Positions 36,664 through 49,349 of a stretch of DNA of 64,000 nucleotides are shown here, in pieces. A model generated the notes under the pieces. It was not told the origin of the DNA. It saw nothing but the letters and a program-made list of their open reading frames with translations, and searched no databases. Positions within the stretch are counted from its first letter, which is position 1. The number at the start of each line of letters is the position of its first letter. Origin of the DNA: Heteronotia binoei (lineage: Eukaryota); contig NC_083226.1 in NCBI RefSeq assembly GCF_032191835.1, positions 21,266,001-21,330,000 of the forward strand. The letters are read 5' to 3'. Made by a program: the position numbers and the translations under genes.

Positions 36664-37660
36664 ATGTTGTTGTTGTTGTTGTTCAGTCGCACAGTCGAGT
36701 TCAACTCTTTGTGACTCCATGGACAAATTCACACCAGGCCCTCCTGTCTTCAACCATCCTCCGAAGTCTGCTCAAATTCGTGTTTGTTACATCAGTAACG
36801 CTGTTCAGCCATCTCATCTTTTGCCATCCCCTTCTTCTTTTGCCTTCTGTCTTTCCCAGCATCAGGATCTTCTCCAGGGATTGCTCCCTTCTCATTTTGT
36901 GGCCAAAATATTTGAGCTTCAGCACCTGACCTTCCCTGACCAGTCTGGGTTGATTTCCCTTAGGACTGACTGATTAGATCTTACAGTCCAAGGAACTCTC
37001 AAGATTCTTCTCCAGCACCACAGCTCAAAAGCATCTATTCTTCTGCACCCGGCCTTCCTTATGGTCCAGCTCTCACAGCCATACATTACTACTGGGAATA
37101 CCATTGCTTTGACTATATGGACTTTTGTTGTCAGGGTGATGTCTCTACTTTTTATTATACTGCCCAGGTTCACCATAGCTGTCCTCCCAAGGAGCAAACA
37201 TATTTTAATTTCATGGCTACAGTCACCATGTGCAGTGATCCTGGAACCCAGAAATGTGAAGTCTGTCACTACTTCCATGTCTTCCCCTTCTATTTGCCAA
37301 GGTGTGATGGGGCCAGATGCCATGATCTTAGTTTTTTTGATGTTGAGTTTCAAGCCTACTTTTGCACTCTCCTCTTTCACCCTCAGCAAGAGGTTCCTTA
37401 GGTCCTCTTCACGTTCTGCTATTAGAGTGGTATCATCTGCATATCTGAGGTTGTTGCTGTTTTTCCCGGCAATCTTAATTTCGGCTTCTGCTTCATCCAG
37501 GCCGGCATTCCGCATGATGTACTCTGCATATAAATTAAATATGCAGGGTGACAATATACATCCTTGTCGAACTCCTTTTCCTATTCTAAACCAATCAGTT
37601 GTTCCATATCCCGTTCTGACAGTTGCTTCTTGACCCTTATACAAGTTTCTCAGGAGACAT
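36664..37660 (-). mobile_element. RTE-BovB LINE, 5'-truncated
   Basis: QEATVRTGYG.TDWF.IGKGVRQGCILSP, NNLRYADDTTLIAE, MVFPVVMYGCESWT, RIDAFELWCWRR, LKYFGH; (CAA)n tail read on the minus strand at 36664-36680. Confidence 0.93.
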
Positions 37661-37799
37661 GTGCGGTAATATTACAAAGTGATTACACGAAATAAAAATC
37701 AAATAAAATTACATATCTCTATAAAAAACATAGTGTGAGCTATTATACCACACACACCATTTCACTATCATTTCTTTCTTTTTTTTACTTCTTACTCCC

Positions 37800-38230
37800 C
37801 TCTTTAAAATTTAAATTTTATTGAAACATTTAAATAAATTTGAATAAATAACATTCCCCAACAAGGGGAACCAATACATAACCTTGCAAATACCGTCACA
37901 TCAGATTTTACTAGTTAGAGTTTACAGAAAAACTCATCAAATTGTATAAATAAGTCAGAGTCAGAGATTACTGGGTTACATCCATTCAAATATTAGTAGA
38001 TCATAAAATTCATATATTTTGCCGGCAGTTTCCCAAATATAGTGTCAGATCCATTCACGTGCTCAAGGAAGCTAAACCACTTTTGCAAAAACCAGTCTCC
38101 CGCCTTAACAGTGTCTAGCAAAGTAATAGTAGTAGTCAGTTTATCCTGAAGCAAGTCAGTTTATCCTGAAGCATTCATTATCATTTCTAAATCGTTAACT
38201 TTTGGTGTATCCTTCTTTCAGAATTCAAAG
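37800..38230 (-). mobile_element. Possible L1-like 3' fragment
   Basis: Remnant ..FLQKWFSFLEHV.. followed by an A-rich tail on the minus strand. Confidence 0.4.
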
Positions 38231-38419
38231 TAGCCAGCTGGTTCTTGGAAAACAAGAAAACTGTGAGCCTGAAAGCTGTGTGCAAACAGAAGGAGCACGC
38301 GTGTTCCCAATAACGTGTGCACAGGACTCCAGTACCGCGTCCAACTGAGGAGGCATCCCGATTCAGCACTTTCACTCCGGACTGGAATCTCCCTTGGAAG
38401 GTCTGTTGCAAGAGAAAGA

Positions 38420-38782
38420 AGGCGGAGCTACCCCGTCCGCCGCGGCCCGGGATTGGAGAAAACTCTCGCCCCCTGTCCCAAGATGAAAGCCGTTCGGGGC
38501 AGGGGACGGACGCTCATTGGCCCCCCGCCTTTTGCCGGCAAGGCTCGGGGGGCGCGGCGAGGAGGCGCCCTGCTCCGATTGGCTCTCCTCCCCAGGGGCG
38601 TGGCCTCCCGCTCCCCTCCCCTCTTATAAAAGGGAGGGGGGTGGCGGCTGGGCTCCTGCTGCAGCAGTTTCCGTCGCCCGCGGGGGAGGCTCTTTGCTTT
38701 GGCGCGGACTCCCGGAGCCCCCCGGCCCGCTCCAGCCCCTGCTCTGCCGCCCAGGAGGTGCCTGCGAGGGAAGACCGGCCAT
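38420..38782 (+). promoter_or_regulatory. VAMP1: VAMP1 CpG-island promoter and first exon
   Basis: TATAAAA 38625-38631; three ATTGG boxes (~38450, ~38515, ~38578); GC box GGGGCGTGGC ~38595; ggccAT|GTGAGT at 38781-38782. Confidence 0.85.
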
Positions 38783-41700
38783 GTGAGTTTCAAAGCAACC
38801 CGTGGAGGCATCGCCGCCGCTTTGCTCGGCCACCGTTGCGGCACCAGCCGAGTGGCGCATTGCACCACCGCCCCCCCTTCCCTCCCTCCCTCCCTCCCCG
38901 CCATCCTCCTCCCCTGTCCGGTCCGGATGGGGACGGGTCACGCGTCGCCTTGGCCGAGCCCCTCGTCGCCACCCACCCAACCCCCGGCCGGGCTTTCTCC
39001 CCTTCGGGCTGGGATGCACTTTTCTCCCGGACTTTGCAAGCTTTGGGCTGCCCTGCCATTAGGCAAACTAGGCGATTGCCTAGGGCGCTGGTCTTGGGGG
39101 GGTTCTGAATTGGGTGCCTCCCGTGTGACTTGGTGATGTTATTAGTGCGGGGTGGGGAGGGAGAGACGCCAGAAGTTAGCTTTGCCTAGGGTGCCTAGGG
39201 CTGGCCCTGCCCGTAGAGATAGGGGGGGGGGTTGCTAAAAAAAACACAAATGGGACGGAGTTGAGAAGGGGGGCGGGCAGGATTGGGTTCACACCTGACG
39301 GGCAAACATGCTTTCTGTGCGGATGGCCCTGAGGGAGCGGGTAGGGGGAAGCTCTGGCCGAGCATGGTGGGGGGTGTCACAGGAGATCAGCTGGGAGGAT
39401 GGTGTGAGTTCCCGCGGAGTGCAGAGCAGGCAGGCGCTGCCCCGGAGAAAGCCTACCTTGCAGGGGTGGTGGCAGCCAGTGTTCCCTTTAAGCTGAGTTA
39501 GTGTGAGCTAGCTCACAGTTTTTTAGCCTCTGGCACACACGTTTTTGTCTTAAGTCCGGGAAGGATGACCCCAGAGCAAACTCATTTATGCCGCAGCTCG
39601 CAACTTTAATGCTACTAGCTCACAGCTTTAATGCTAGTAGTAGCTCACAAAGTAGAATTTCTGCTCACAAGACTCCACAGTTTAGAGGGAACATTGGTGG
39701 CAACGTGTGTGTGTGTGTGTGTGTGTGTGTGAGTGAAGGTGATGGGGCCGGGAAGGTCGACCCCTACTGGAAGGGTGGTGCATGACCAGTGCCCCTAGAG
39801 GAAGAGGGGAATGGGCGTTTGGGCACTGCTTTGATTAGGGGAGTCCAAGGGGACTTGCTTCCCTTTGCTTTAAAGAGATCAGTGGGCTGAACCCGGATAC
39901 AGCCGTTGCTTCCCTGGCTAGAGATGCCAGCCTCCAGGCGGGACCTGGGACTCCCTTGGAATCACAGCTCATCTTCAGGCTACAGAGATCAGTATCCTTG
40001 GATAAAATGGATGCCTTGGAGGGGTTGAATCTGTCTGGAATTGCGCTCTGTTGTGGGTCCTTGGGCTCCATCTCTAAGACTTACCCAACTTGGATCTAGC
40101 AACCCTATCTCCCCACCAGCAGGGGGAACCTGAGAGCCCTACACCCCACTCATCTTGCAGAATCTTGCACCAGATGGCCCATATTGGTGGGACCCCCCCC
40201 CCCCTTTCCCCTCTTTGTCGCCCAGCTAGCAATACGGCTCTGTTCTCAGAACTAGCACTTTGCTGCTGCCTTTTTGGACTTCTTGCGGGTAGGAATAGGG
40301 AAGCAGGAAAGCCAATGGATTTTGCTGCCTGCTCTCTGCTGGTGCTACCGATTCCCTTCTTGTGTGACACAGCAATTCCTTTGTGTGGCTGTCTAAACCT
40401 GAGCAGCCCTGAGCTCTTGCCCGGCTTCCTGGGATGATGCTAAAAAGGAGGGATCCTCTTCTCTCTCTCTCTCTCTCTCTGACCTTGTTTGCAGCAACGA
40501 TAACTCCGACCCAACAAGCCTGTGGCTAACAATTCCGGAAAGACAGACAGGGTGCATTTTCAAGGATCGGACTGCTTCCTGTACATCCACTTGGTGATTT
40601 TCACCATGGACCCGTTTGCTGGGCCGGCTGTTGTTTCCACAATGCAGAAGGGATTGGGGAGTCTGAGAGTGGCAGGCTTGTTGCCCCCCTCCCAAATTCA
40701 TAGCTCGTATGCAGTTTGAAGGATGGTGGCTTCCTGGCCTATGCTTCTATGATGTCTCTGGGTGCAACTGTCTTACTCTACCTGTGTTCCCCATGTTAAG
40801 GAGAAACCTGCACCTGACAAAGTTCTTTGTGAGATGGTCACAACATTCTCACTTTGCTTCCCCTTGGTTTCTTTTGGTTCCTCTCGATAACCACGCTTGG
40901 CTGGCTTTTGTACTCTTGTGGTCTCCGCTGCCTTTCTTCTTGGGTTTGAAAAGCCCCAGCTGACTTGGACCAATGGGATATCAGGCCCTGCATCCTGTTG
41001 CTGAGGCCGGCCGGCCAGGAAACAGTCAAAGATGACAGATCTTCAACATCTGGTGGCCAAAAAGAGTTTATTCCTTCGAGAAGGGACATTCTGTTCAGAC
41101 TTATGGTTGCCACTGCCCTTAGTCTTTTCTTGTATCCCTGTATTTCATGAGTTAATGATGCATGGTCTGAAGGAATGCATATTGGATCTGCTATCACTCT
41201 GTTTCATTGCGTGGCCCTGAATTCATATGAACATATGAAGCTGCCTTCTCCTGAATCAGACCCTGGGTCCATCGAAGTCAGTATTGTGTGCTCAGACTGG
41301 CAGCGGCTCTCCAAGGTCTCAAGCTGAGGTTTTTCACACTTATTTGCCTGGACCCTTTTTAGTTGGAGATGCCGGGGATTGAACCTGGGGCCTTCTGCTT
41401 ATCAAGCAGATGCTCTACCACTGAGCCACCATCCCTGAATTCTCCACTTGTTAGTGGAAGCACTGTCAAGTTACAGCTGACTTGCTCGATAGGATTTTCA
41501 GGGCAAGAGATGTTCATAGGTGGTTTGCCCTCTATGCAGCAACCTTTGAATTCCTCGGTGGTCTCTCATCCAAGAACAAGGGCCAACTCTGTTTAGCTTA
41601 TGATGGCATCAGGTTAGCCAGGGCCTCCAGGTCAAGGAAAACCCAATGTGTGCAGTCTTCTAGTAAAGTTCCTATCATACTGCCCTTTGGTTGTCTTTTC

Positions 41701-43502
41701 CTCCTTGGAGGAATTACTCCTTGGTCATCTTGGTGGCCTTCTATACCTCTTCTGGTTCTGAGATCCTTGGCCTGCCTCATGTTGCCTGCTGTGTAACATA
41801 TGGGTCCGCCTCTTCTTGTAGTGGTTTGGCTGCTTATTTCAGTCTGCAAATATTGAGGATTGACAGCCGCGACCTTTCTTTTTTCTTTTTGTCTCCCCAG
41901 GTCTGATCCAGCTCAGCAACCTGCCCCTGCGGCAGGAGAAGGTGGCGAAGGGGCAGGAGGCGCCCCAGGGCAGCCTCCAAACTTGACCAGCAATCGCCGT
42001 CTGCAACAGACCCAAGCCCAAGTAGAAGAAGTAAGTGGGTAGAGGGGAGGGGAGGAGCCGTGGCTCAGCGGTGGTGCATCTGCTTGGCATGCAGGAGGTC
42101 CCAGGTTCAATCCTTGCCATCTCCAGTTAAAGAACAGGCAGTGGGTGATGGGAAAGACCTTTGCCTGAGACCCTGGAGAACGGCTGCCAGTTTGAGTAGA
42201 CAGTACTGACCTTGATGGACCAACTGTCTGACTTGATATAAAACAACCTCACGTGAGGATGTATTCGGCTGCTCTGCAGTGGATGTGTGCCTTGATCCTT
42301 CCTAGGGGGGAGAGAGAGAACAGTCCTTTTTCATTCTCCAGGTGGTGGATATCATGCGTGTGAATGTGGACAAAGTCTTGGAGCGAGATCAGAAGCTATC
42401 GGAACTCGACGAGCGAGCGGATGCCCTCCAAGCTGGGGCCCAAGTCTTTGAAAGTAGCGCAGCAGCTCTCAAGAGGAAGTACTGGTGGAAGAACTGTAAG
42501 GTGAGCATTCAAGAAGCAGGGTCTAGCAAAAATTCTGAGATGGCTCTGGCATTCTGGCGCCTTGCCTGAGTTGGACAAGGCTGAGAAATAGGATGTCTTG
42601 GAGACCTGCTGTTGGGCAACAGTGAAGAATGGGATAGACCAGTGATCTAATTTGGGATAAGGTGATGTGTTGAGAGCCAGTTTGGCGTAGTGGTTAAGTG
42701 CGCGGACTCTTATCTGGGAGAACCGGCTTTGATTCCCCACTCCTCCACTTGCACCTGCTGGAATGGCCTTGGGGCAGCCATAGCTCTCATAGGTGTTGTC
42801 CTTGAAAGGGCAGCTGCTGTAAGAGCTCTCTCAGCTCCACCTACCTCACAGGGTGTCTGTTGTGGTGGTGGGGATGGTAGAGGTGATTGTGACTGCTCTG
42901 AGATTTAGAGTATAGGGTGGGATATAAATCCAATATCATCATCATCTTATGGGAGAGTCTCCTCTTGCGAGACTTCAGCAGGCATCCGTCTGCCCATGGT
43001 GTAAGTTTGTGGGTGGGTGCTTTGGAGTTAAGGATGAATGACCCCTAAGCATAGAGAGATGCATTGTCAGTGAATGGTTGTGTCTAATTTTGGCGACTCT
43101 TCTCTCTAGATGATGATCATGCTGGGAGTGATCTGTGCTATTGTGGTGATTGCAATTGCACGTAAGTACTACGGGGAACCAGGCCACTGAGCCGCAAACA
43201 TTGGATAGCGGGAGCCATCTGCCCTGCCCGTCATGGGTGCAGGGGAACCAATATCTGCTGCCTTTCTACTCTGGGTGGTAGCCAAGATCAGGAAATCTGG
43301 GAAGTGTAATGTTTCCCTTTAGGGCAATGGGGCGTGTTTTCTCTGCTGAAGGAAAGGCAGGAGTCTGGCAGGGGAAGGGAGGGAAGAGCCTTCCTTTCCT
43401 GGATGTTCAACTGCCTGAAGTGTGGGGACGCTCGGTGTAATGTACCCTCTTGTTCTCTCCTTTCTTTTCCATCTTCTGCCCCCAGTTTACTTTTTTACCT
43501 GA
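38781..43502 (+). CDS. VAMP1: Vesicle-associated membrane protein 1 (synaptobrevin-1), 119 aa; join(38781-38782,41901-42030,42342-42500,43110-43161,43486-43502)
   Basis: [123 protein letters not shown] and YFFT ends are VAMP1-type; synteny with MRPL51. Confidence 0.96.
42675..42948 (+). mobile_element. Squam3-like SINE in VAMP1 intron 3
   Basis: Full-length copy with tRNA-like head. Confidence 0.88.
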
Positions 43503-43974
43503 TAACGTGGTTCCCCCTTCCCTCCCATCTGCAGCCTCCTCCCCTAGCCCCCTTTCCCCTTCCTCTTCCTTTCTCCCCGTCATTCCGGCTTTTTATCATC
43601 GGTACCCTGTTACTTTTGCTTGCCTTATGTAGAGACACCAATTGCACTCTTCCTGGATTTCAGTTGAACCTCTTCATAGCTGTCGCAGCCCCCACAAGAA
43701 GACCAACTTCTGTTTATTTTTGGGAAGCGGCAATGGGGCCCGGTAGATAGGGCTAGGGGGTGAGTGGGCAGGCTGGTAACACGTTGCTGATGGCACGCAG
43801 GTTTCAGTTTCCATACAGGCATGCAAGTTTCTGCTCTCCGCTTCTTCCTGTCGTGGTGCTTCAGGGCGTTTTGTTCAGTCTGAGCTTGACCTTGCTGCTG
43901 TTGCTCACAAGAACAAGGTAGGAACTGAGGATGAAAGAAGAGGCCTGGCGATTCTCCCCATGGTGGAGAAGATC

Positions 43975-44480
43975 CTAATTTTGTGACCGAATTATACTAC
44001 CCCATGATATTTTACTCCCCCCTCCCTCCAATGTTGACTTCCCCGAAGTTATAGATTTCAGTTCAATACTAAAGGTACTACTAACCGATCAAAGTTCAAT
44101 ATATATATTTTTCTCAATACTAAAAGATTGTCCAATGTCTTTTTACGTTCCACTCTTTCTCCATATATCCTTTAAATTTCTTCCACTCCTTTTTGAATAT
44201 ATCTAAATCATAGTCTCTTAGAGTTCTAGTTAGTTTGTCCATCTCACTCCACGATAACACTTTCATAATCCAGTCCCATTTCTCTGGTATTTTTTCTTGT
44301 TTCCACAGCTGCGCATACAATGTCCCAGCAGCTGAGAGCAAGTACCAGATTAAAGTCCTGTCTTCCTTTGGAAATTTTTCTAATTGTAATCCAAGCAAAA
44401 AAGTCTCTGCAGTTTTCTTGAAGTCGTAGCCCAAAATTTTGGAGATTTCTTGTTGTATCATCTTCCAGTTTCTGGTTGAC
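43975..44480 (-). mobile_element. L1/Tx1-like LINE ORF2 C-terminal fragment antisense in the VAMP1 3' region
   Basis: 120-aa ORF (W..IQQEISKILG..., AA..LYAQLWK....P....W, F...W..F..Y) typical of L1/Tx1 C-termini. Confidence 0.7.
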
Positions 44481-45475
44481 AATGCAAGATCTGGTTTAGT
44501 GAGAATCCTCTCTTACTCTTATCAGGACCAGAGCAGAGAAGATATTTGATGCCAGGGCAATGTAGGAGTATGTTAATGCCACTGGGCTAGCCCCAGATGG
44601 CCTGTGGGTCTGCTCCGCTAGCTGGGGCCGCCCCCCCACCTTCAAGTGAAGGTAGGGTTGCCAAGCTCCAGGTGGTGGCTGGGGATCTCCTGGGACTCCC
44701 AACTGATCTCCAGGCAACAGATCACCTGGAGAAAATGGCTGCTTTGGAAGGTAGACTCTAGGGCATTACGCCCCTCTGAAGTCCCTCTCCTCAAACCCTG
44801 CCTTCCTCAGACTCCCCCCCCCCCCCAAATTCTCCAGGTATTTCCCATCCTGGAGCTGGCAAGTTGAGGGTTGTCCCTTAATGCATGGAGCGGCGGTGAT
44901 TGGCTGCTGCCCACTGGTGCCCCCTGCCTCACCCCACATGGCAAAAAAAGTAACCGTGCAAGCTGTATTGCAGTATGGGGCTGGCCAGACAGGCTCTTTT
45001 TATCCCTCTGTCCTTGGAAGGGCAGAGGGGGCTTTCCCACAGCTGCTGTTTTTTTCAGTGTGCCCTGGCATCCATGGTTGGGGGTAACTGAACCAAGCTT
45101 GTAGGTGGAATAAAGTTATGTACCTCTCTGGCTGTGTGTTCCTTGCGTTTGCCTCCTCTGGTAAGTGGAGCTGCCAGTCCATCAGCATGACTCTCTACGT
45201 ATGTCACTGGAGAGCGAGCGGAAGGGCTCAGCTGAAGCTGAGCAGCTCCTCTGCAGGCAAAGAGGAAAAAAAAGCAGGAACATTCATAAGCTTTGCTTTT
45301 GGAAGGCTTCTGCAGCAGGATTAGACTTCTAAACTCCTAAAATATATATAGGTCTCAAGTTAGAGGCAGAATTCCCGGGCCCACATACATGCCTGTGTCC
45401 TGTTTTAGGGGGTTAGCAGTTCCCCGCACAGGTCATCGCTTCGAAGGTACTGTTGGTGATGGACATGGTTGTGTG

Positions 45476-45647
45476 CAGGGGTGGAATTCTAGCAGGAGCT
45501 CCTTTGCATATTAGACCACACCCTCCTGGTGTAGCCAATCCTCCAAGAGCTTACAAAAAAAGAGCCTTGTAAGCTCTTGAAGGGTTGGCTACATCAGGGG
45601 TGTGTGGCCTAATAGGCAAAAGAGCTGCTGCTAGAATTCTACCCCTG
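45476..45647. mobile_element. Palindromic hAT MITE family A (CAGGGGTGGAATTCTAGCAGG)
   Basis: Near-perfect 172-bp palindrome; TSD GTTGTGTG. Other copies at ~868-1042, 24029-24423, 31958-32125, 47733-47902 (TSD GTGGGTAC), 58918-59095, 60234-60400, 62152-62248, 63035-63217. Confidence 0.9.
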
Positions 45648-45952
45648 GTTGTGTGAGTACCTGCTTGGTTGTCCACCGTGTTGCAGAGAAGGCGCGTTAC
45701 TCAGTGCTCCGAGAAAAGCCAATCTAGAAGAGGGGCCATCTTAGCAGACAATTACGAAGCCTGGTTTGAGAGGGCCATTCAGTGCATTGGTAATTGCTGA
45801 GTAAGAACCATGCCAAAGATAAAATTCTACACAGGCAGTGAGGTAGAGAATCCTGTTGGAGAAAATGGAGGAGGGGGTCGTCTTCTGGGGAAAGAGATGG
45901 GCAAACCTCCCTTCGAAACAGGTTTAATCTGGCCCCCTAGGTGCCTCACCGG

Positions 45953-46164
45953 CAATGTTCCCTCTAAGGTGTGGAGTCTTGTGAGCAAAAATTCTACTTT
46001 GTGAGCCACTGACATTAAAGTTGTGAGCTACTGGCATTAAAATTGTGAGCAACTGCATAAATTAGTTTGCTCTAGGGCCATTTTTCTTGAGCTGAGACAA
46101 AAATATGTGAGCTGGAGGCTAAAAAATTGTGAGCTCACACTAACTCAGCTTAAAGGGAACACTG
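45953..46164. mobile_element. hAT MITE family B (CAGTGTTCCCTCTAAG TIRs)
   Basis: TSD CTCACCGG. Other copies at ~21492-21686, 31573-31767, 39477-39696, 54188-54381, 58092-58289 (TSD GTTACAGA). Confidence 0.9.
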
Positions 46165-47540
46165 CTCACCGGATCTCTAAAAGGAGGTGTTCTTGGACCA
46201 GCCTCTCCTCGCATGCTGCACAGGTGCTGATTTATTTTTTGCATGCTCGCTGTCACGCGCGTGCATTTCACTCGCCCAGGCCATCGCCCTGCATTTCGCC
46301 ATCTCTTTCTCCACCTTGGGGGAGGCGGAGGAGGATGGAGAAGAGCAGGAACGAAGCTGTCAACGCCTTTGGACAAAAAAATCTCAGTGGAGCTGTGCTG
46401 CCAGGCCTTCGACGACCGTCGGGAAACCGGGTTTGGATTGCGAGGAAGCACAGTAAAGTATAACAGGTCCTTCTCGGTCTCTCTTGGACGAGATTTTTTT
46501 TTTTTTTGGTCCGTTCTACTGCCGCTGCTGTCTCTCTTTTCGCCAAAGAGAATCTCCCTTGTTCTGTTTTCTTCTTCTTTGTTCTCATAGCTGTGTATGT
46601 AGCCTCTTCTCCCCCTCCCCTTCATCTACCTCTTCCATCTCTTTATGCATGGGCAAAAAAAAAAAAAAAAAGAGGAATTAATAAATAAATAACACACCTG
46701 CCTGGGCCCTTCTGCGCCTACAAGCAAGGGACTGGTTTTTTCTCTATGCACAAGGACTTCAGCCGCTTTCTCACGCGCGCGTGTGTGGATTTATGTCTTT
46801 TTTTGGTGAGGAATGCAGCTGTTAACTCTTCCTCCGGCATGTATAACAACCCACCTCATGGACGTCCACTAACAAACACTCCTGTGTGTCACCTTAAAAA
46901 AAAAACGAGTCTGGCTCGTCTGTCTTGAGTGTTGGAGCGGGGAAAGGGTGATTCTCCCGGCAGATGGGCAGAGCAGAAAGGAAGCGGGACGGAGACCATC
47001 GTTGCGAGCGAGAGGGTCGCTGTAAAAAGCGTGACGCTGTCTGTTTAACGTGTGCGCTGCTTCTTGCAGAGGTGCTTCTGCCATAGCTGGAGAAGAGCAA
47101 AAGAACCTTCCGGGCCTGGCGTTTAGGCCCACGTTCTTGTCTGCATCACCGAAGCTGCTCGACAGACTTTAAGCAAACTTGCCCGGTTGGCTGCACTTGA
47201 GCGCTTCAACCTAGTGTTGTTCTGTTATAGTTTGGATTTAATGTGTCAAAGGCAGGCAGGGGCTGGCGTGGACCCTTCTCCGTAAAATGAGGGGGGTGCA
47301 GGGATGCTTTTGCACAGCCAGGATTGGCTAACAGCGGATTTGGGCTTCGTTGGCCTACGTTGGGTTGGGTCCAGGTCAGCTCCTGTCCTTCCGTCTCATG
47401 CTTAGCTCCCATGTGTCTAGTTTCCTGCCTTTACTTACCTTACTGGTACAGCGCGACTTTCTATTTGTTTGTTTTTTCCCTCATCTTTCTTTTTTTTCCC
47501 CCCCCACCACCTGAATTCTCTGGATTCTGATTGTGAGCAA

Positions 47541-47546
47541 AATAAA
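47541..47546 (+). terminator. Candidate distal polyadenylation signal of VAMP1
   Basis: AATAAA after a U-rich UTR-like stretch; other candidates at 45109-45114 and ~46680. Confidence 0.4.
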
Positions 47547-47732
47547 ACTTATGTCCAATAACCAACTACATGGTGATGGAGATTTCCTATCCTGGCTTGG
47601 GTAATGAAGCTTTGGACGGGGTTGCTATAAATGCTGCTACCTAAGAAATAACTATTGATCGAAGTACCTAGAAAATTCATCTTCTGTTTTTCCAGTAAAA
47701 TGGCATGTTAACAGGCTGGGGATAGTGGGTAC

Positions 47733-47902
47733 CAGGGGTGGAATTCTAGCAGGAGCTCTTTTGCATGCTAGGCCACACCCCATGATGTAGCCAATCCTGC
47801 CAGAGCTTACAAGGCTCTTTTTTGTAAACTCTCGAGAGGACTGACTACTTCAGGGGCTGTGGCCTAATATGCAAAGGAGCTCCTGCTAGAATTCCACTCC
47901 TG
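47733..47902. mobile_element. Palindromic hAT MITE family A
   Basis: TSD GTGGGTAC at 47725-47732 and 47903-47910. Confidence 0.9.
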
Positions 47903-49349
47903 GTGGGTACTGCCTTATATAAAATACTGGCACTCATTCTGGGGCAGGAATTTATGTTATTTATGGTCTTCCTGGCCCATAAGGCAGATTACACAGCGAT
48001 GAGTCAGTGCAATCAGCAGGATGGGACATTCAATAAATGATGCAATAGGATTAGGGTTGTAGAACCAAGCTGAAATCTGAAGATGGAAGTGGAACAAAGC
48101 ATAAGTACTAACAAAACACAGTAAGCAGTGCAAAAATTACATAGAAGAGGTGATTGGATTTATGCCTTGCCTGTCACTCGGAGCCTCAGAGTGGCTTACA
48201 GTCTCGCTGCTTTTTTCTTCCAAGAACACACCCTGTGGTAGGTGGGGCTGGGAGAGCTCTGAGAACTGTAACTGACCCAAGACCATTCCAGCAGCTGCAA
48301 GTGGAGGAGTGGGGAATCAAGCCCTGGTGCTCCCAGATTAGAGTCTGTGCACTTAACCACTACCCCAGACTGGCTCTCCCTTACATAATAGGGTCCTATT
48401 TTATGGTAAGCTATACCTAGTAGTATAGCTCAGTCCCTAATCATTTATCCAGATAACTTTGTGGATAATTTTGTACTCTGTGGCCTGTACAGAGAAGCAC
48501 TCTTGAATAATTTGGTTTTGCGTAGTTTGTGGAAAACCAGGAGAGTGGAGACTACCACCTTGACCTCCTCCGGCAGCCTGTCACGTAAGGTGGGTGCCCC
48601 ATTGTAGAAGGCAATATCCACTCAGCAGCGATTCTCCTAAAACAAGCTGTGCCTTTGAACTTAATATACATGACAATCTAAAGAGGGTGGCAACTGTAAA
48701 GCCCCCACCTCGCCACTTGCAGTTGACTGACTACACCACCGCTGGAGTGTAGTCTGCTCTCAGATGGTCACTTTCCAAGACTCCCATGGACAGAAGAAGC
48801 CAACCGAGAGCTTTTTTCCATTTAGAAAGATCAATTCAAGGTGCTTGAGCAGCCCTGTGGCGCAGTGTGGTAAAGCTGCAGTACTGCAGTCGGAGCCCTC
48901 TGCTCATGGCCCGAGTTCGATCCCAGCAGAAGCTGGTTTCAGATATCCAGCTCCAGGTTGACTCAACCTTCCAAGGTCGGTAAAATGAGTAGGTGACTGG
49001 GGAAGGAATGCTAGGCCACACCACATGATGTGGGAGAACCACATGCAGCTGGGTGATCCTGGGTCAGCCACAGTTCTCATAGAGCTGTTCTCTCCAGAGT
49101 AGTTCTTTTGGAGTAGGGAAAACGTAGATGACTGGGGAAGGCAATGGCAAACCACCCTGTTAAAAAGTCTACTGTGAAAACGTGAAAGCAATGTCACCCC
49201 AGAGTCGGAAGCAACATGCTTGCACAGGGGACTTATTTTTTTTTTACTACCATTATGTTCTCTCTAGCTTGCAAATGCATATGAGAAAAGCAATTCAGGG
49301 TGCATAGGGGCTGAGAATACCATCACGTGATGGTGATGAGGCAGAAGCA

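Noticed and set aside
38317-39136. Several long overlapping ORFs (up to 263 aa)
   Set aside because: Low-complexity Pro/Gly/Arg frames caused by the VAMP1 CpG island; only AT at 38781-38782 is coding.
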